From positions 11,271,886 to 11,335,885 of the forward strand of contig CAJINV010000004.1 in NCBI GenBank assembly GCA_905178155.1: 64,000 nucleotides of DNA, given 5' to 3'. Shown here one piece after another: positions 60,861-64,000 of the stretch. The notes under the pieces are model-generated. The model was given only the letters and a program-made list of their open reading frames with translations, was not told where the DNA came from and made no database searches. The position numbers and the translations under genes are program-made. Numbering within the stretch: position 1 is the first letter of the stretch; every line of letters begins with the position of its first letter. Source of the stretch: Amoebophrya sp. A120. Taxonomy: Eukaryota > Protista > Dinoflagellata.

Positions 60861-62789
60861 GAGTTTGTCGTCCTCTGGATCGGGCTATGACAATGCACAA
60901 CTCTCCTCGTCTCTCTCCCCCACCTACTGGTGGTGCAATGCAACCAACTCCGGTCGTTCTCATTGCCCTCCGTTGCATGACAACTTTGTACACATAGGCA
61001 TAGCAGCCACTCCGTAGTAAGTACTAAATACAATCCGTCCATGCACTTGTGAAGATGCAGAAGCGGCGTGCCACCTGTGGCTGTCCCTATTGCTGGTCAC
61101 ACCGTTGTTCGGACCAAGGGAGATGAGGTGTTGTGCACGGTGATACGGACTTCGCGACCGGCGGGGGCTCCCTGCTCCGCGACCGGTCGAACGTCATGAC
61201 GGACAGGGATCGCGGCGGTTGAGGAATCATCTGTGGTGAAAGTAGAAGACCAAGACTTGTTGTCAGGCTGGACCAGTATTCGCTGCTGTGATAGTCGAGA
61301 AGAACGAGGAATGATCTGTTATCCCTGTCCCCCGTGGCGCTTCACCGTAGCAGGTGCGGAATAGTTCTTGGTATCCAACATAAGTAAAACTTTTTTCACT
61401 TTGTATCATGGCGCGAGCTGCTCAAGCTCAGTCTATTCTAACAAACGAAATCGTCGTACTGAAGCGGCTGCGCATCTGCAGTCAGTGCGTGTGTAGTCTT
61501 GAACGACTACGACAATTCGCGGTCGGCGAAATATCTATTACGACTGGAAGAGGACGAACTAACGCGGTCGTTCTTAGGGCTAGTGCTAATAGCCAGGAGC
61601 AACTGTGAGTACTTTAATTTGAAGACGCTCACTCCTGGTCGGGGTCGTCCAGCCCTCCTCGAAGAGTTGCAAATTACGTTCACAGAACAATCGAAACAAT
61701 GGAACACTGATCCAGCGCCGTCTGAGCAAGCTGTAGATGTAAAAATCGCGCCGTTTCTCAATTTTTAATTGGTCGAACGATAAACTTCTTGAAAAATTAC
61801 GTCAACAGAACATCAACCGGACAATCATACAACGTCGCAATTATACAGTTACCAACGAGAGCAATAACATTGACTTTGACATTCAAGCCAACTGGATGCA
61901 TTAACATTTAACAAATTACATTCAAGGAGAGAATAAACTTTGTGAAGTTGAAAACTTGTGAAACTGAAACTTGAGAATCGGCCGAGGACACCGGACTCTT
62001 CCAGCGAAGGGGAAGGAAAGAACATTATACAGACGGTGAACAACGGGCCACACACAGATGAAAATACATATTGCTACTTCGGATGTGAAAATTGTTATAG
62101 AAGTACTTAACTACGGTGCTACTTCGGTATTGCTTCGGATGTGAAAATTGTTAAGAAATAACTTCGGTGAAGTTTGTCAGAAGAACGGAAAAATTGAAAC
62201 TGTTCGGAGAGCATTTTTTTTGAAAATTGTGAAACTGAAATCAAATTTGTAAGTGGTGCTAGAAATACTTCTAGCAATAATTGGGGGTGGCGACAAAATT
62301 TCAAACGTCAGTCTGTGGAATTTTACATTTTAAATCTTGTCCCAAATAATTTGGGTTTTGTTCAAGTCGTGAAAGTTTTTTTAGTCGCCTACTTCATTAG
62401 TCATGTTCATGATCCTGCTGCTTGTGCTTCTTCTTGCTAGAAGAAGTGCCTCCAGCTTCACCTTCGTGCTTTTTGTGCCCCTTAATAGAGGTGCTGGTAG
62501 TCTTCACCTTTGTCTTGGTGGTAGTCGTTGTGCTATCTGCCTCGGCTATGGAACGAGCCACATGTGGAAGAATCTCAAGTGGAATAATTTCTGATGCAAC
62601 ATGCGGATCTCGATCTTGTATTTAGTCTCCCTCGATCTCCTCGAAACGAATGCCTTCACATGTCAAAGTCAAACATTCAACTCCAAACCGCACGGAAAAT
62701 AAAATCGGCGCAAGATCTGTCATGCAAAGCTGCAAGGAGTGAACTTGCTTGTGCCCTTCTTGATGCAAAGGCAAATATGAGCACAGTCA

Positions 62790-64000
62790 CAGTACTTTGT
62801 TCCAGTTGAGATTGTTCCACCTTTTATTGATGCCATATCTGCACCAGCTTCGCCCGTTTTTTTGTTCTTTCCCGAAGTAGAGGTGGAGCCGTGCTGCTTC
62901 TTCTTCGCTTTCTCTTTCTGGGCTAGTAGTTTGTGGTGACTATCTGGTCCTGCACTTGCAGACGACAGAATCTTGGTCGCGTTCGTGGAGGCGGGCAATC
63001 CCGCGATTTTCGCAAACAGGAACGAGCGATGGCTCTGGTCATGCAGCTGCTCCGCCTGGGACACCAGGGCCGAGTCGGGAGCGCGGTACGGCGCAAAAAT
63101 TTCGGCATTCTGCTCCACAATATGCATTGCAAAAGTATCGCACTGGTGAAAATTGCGTTGCAAATTTTTGTCTTTTCCCAACAACAAGTATAAAAAGAAT
63201 AAAGCTGACTTACGAATAAAAATGTCATGATGCAACATCATATGCATCCATTCCAATTCAACGACGATACTGTTACAATTCATACACGAGCTCGTGCGCC
63301 AGGTCCTCCAGATTCGTGCACGTGGCGGCGTGTGGTAGGTTCTTGGACAGGACTTTGCGCTCGTACACGGTGAGTGTGATGGTCTCGGGGCTGTGCCACT
63401 CCACGGGGACCGCCCCCATCTTCTTGGCGAGATGGTTGGCATGCGCTTTCTCGAACCCGCACAGAACCAGGGCCCGCTCCGCGTCTTGCAGCAGCGTCTT
63501 CTCGGCCTCGCTCAGCTCGGCGAGGATCTCTGGCGGGCAAAACGTGCTGTCTATGCCCTCTGGGAGGCTTGATGTACTATTTATACTTGTTCCGCCGCCG
63601 GGCGGACCGCTGGCGCTGCCGTGGACGATGTTGTTATCGCCTTCCACATTTACTTCTGGTTCGTGCGGATGCGCATCGTGGTCGTCGTGGTCTGCAGATT
63701 CTACCTCCTTGTGATGATCGTGGTGGTGAACAATGTGCTTGTGTGTGATGATTCTTTTTACCGTCCGCGTCTTTGTTTTCCCCGTTTTCACCCACCGCTT
63801 CTTCTTGGGACCCTTCGGACCCTTGCTCGAAGTACTCGAGGCGACACTGGCACCAGTCTCCGAATCCAGGTCGGACTGGTCCGACTGCTCTACTTCCGAT
63901 ACGGCGCTTGTTGCACTTTGCACGGAGGAAGAGCTGCCACCAGATGACGCGACAGAGTCCTTGTTCTGCGCGCTTGGTCGTGTTCCTGCGCTCTTTTCCC
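62790..64000 (-). CDS. Partial hypothetical protein (His-rich and Lys-rich stretches), entering from the right edge and continuing in exons below 62790
   Basis: ORF 63273..63923 joins LAHELVEQNAEIFAPY across the 63121 element. Confidence 0.6.
63121..63284. mobile_element. Introner (tatgca family, 164 bp)
   Basis: tatgcattgcaaaagtatcg / cgatactgttacaattcata; flanks cacaa/cacga; frame restored. Confidence 0.85.

Noticed and set aside
62069-62165. Short direct repeat ttcggatgtgaaaattgtta x2
   Set aside because: Small AT-rich intergenic duplication with no further structure.

Overview
Eukaryotic nuclear DNA with an intron-rich, dinoflagellate-type layout. All recognisable genes (about 13) lie on the minus strand. 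Together with the intron type below, this points to a syndinian such as Amoebophrya (inference). Genes include PEX14 with a C-terminal PUB-like domain, a Pro/Gly/Lys-repeat protein, a long coiled-coil protein, a CBM1-like Cys-module protein, a two-RRM RNA-binding protein, two tandem AIG1/Rolling-stone-like membrane paralogs and a zeta-toxin-like P-loop kinase. The dominant signal is more than 20 short elements (mostly 85-430 bp) from at least 7 terminal-inverted-repeat (TIR) families. They have TAT...ATA termini, are flanked by 5-bp direct repeats (TSDs), and mostly sit inside coding exons. Removing the element plus one repeat copy restores the reading frame, yet in the perfect-repeat cases checked no GT-AG pair exists at any register. 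They are therefore transposon-derived non-canonical introns (introners), seen here as an age series from intact to nearly erased. One introner carries a nested ~2.35 kb ORF-bearing insert with a (CAA)n tail. A gene-poor 24-33 kb interval holds foldback and direct-repeat structures. Gene models were spliced by eye, so boundaries are approximate.
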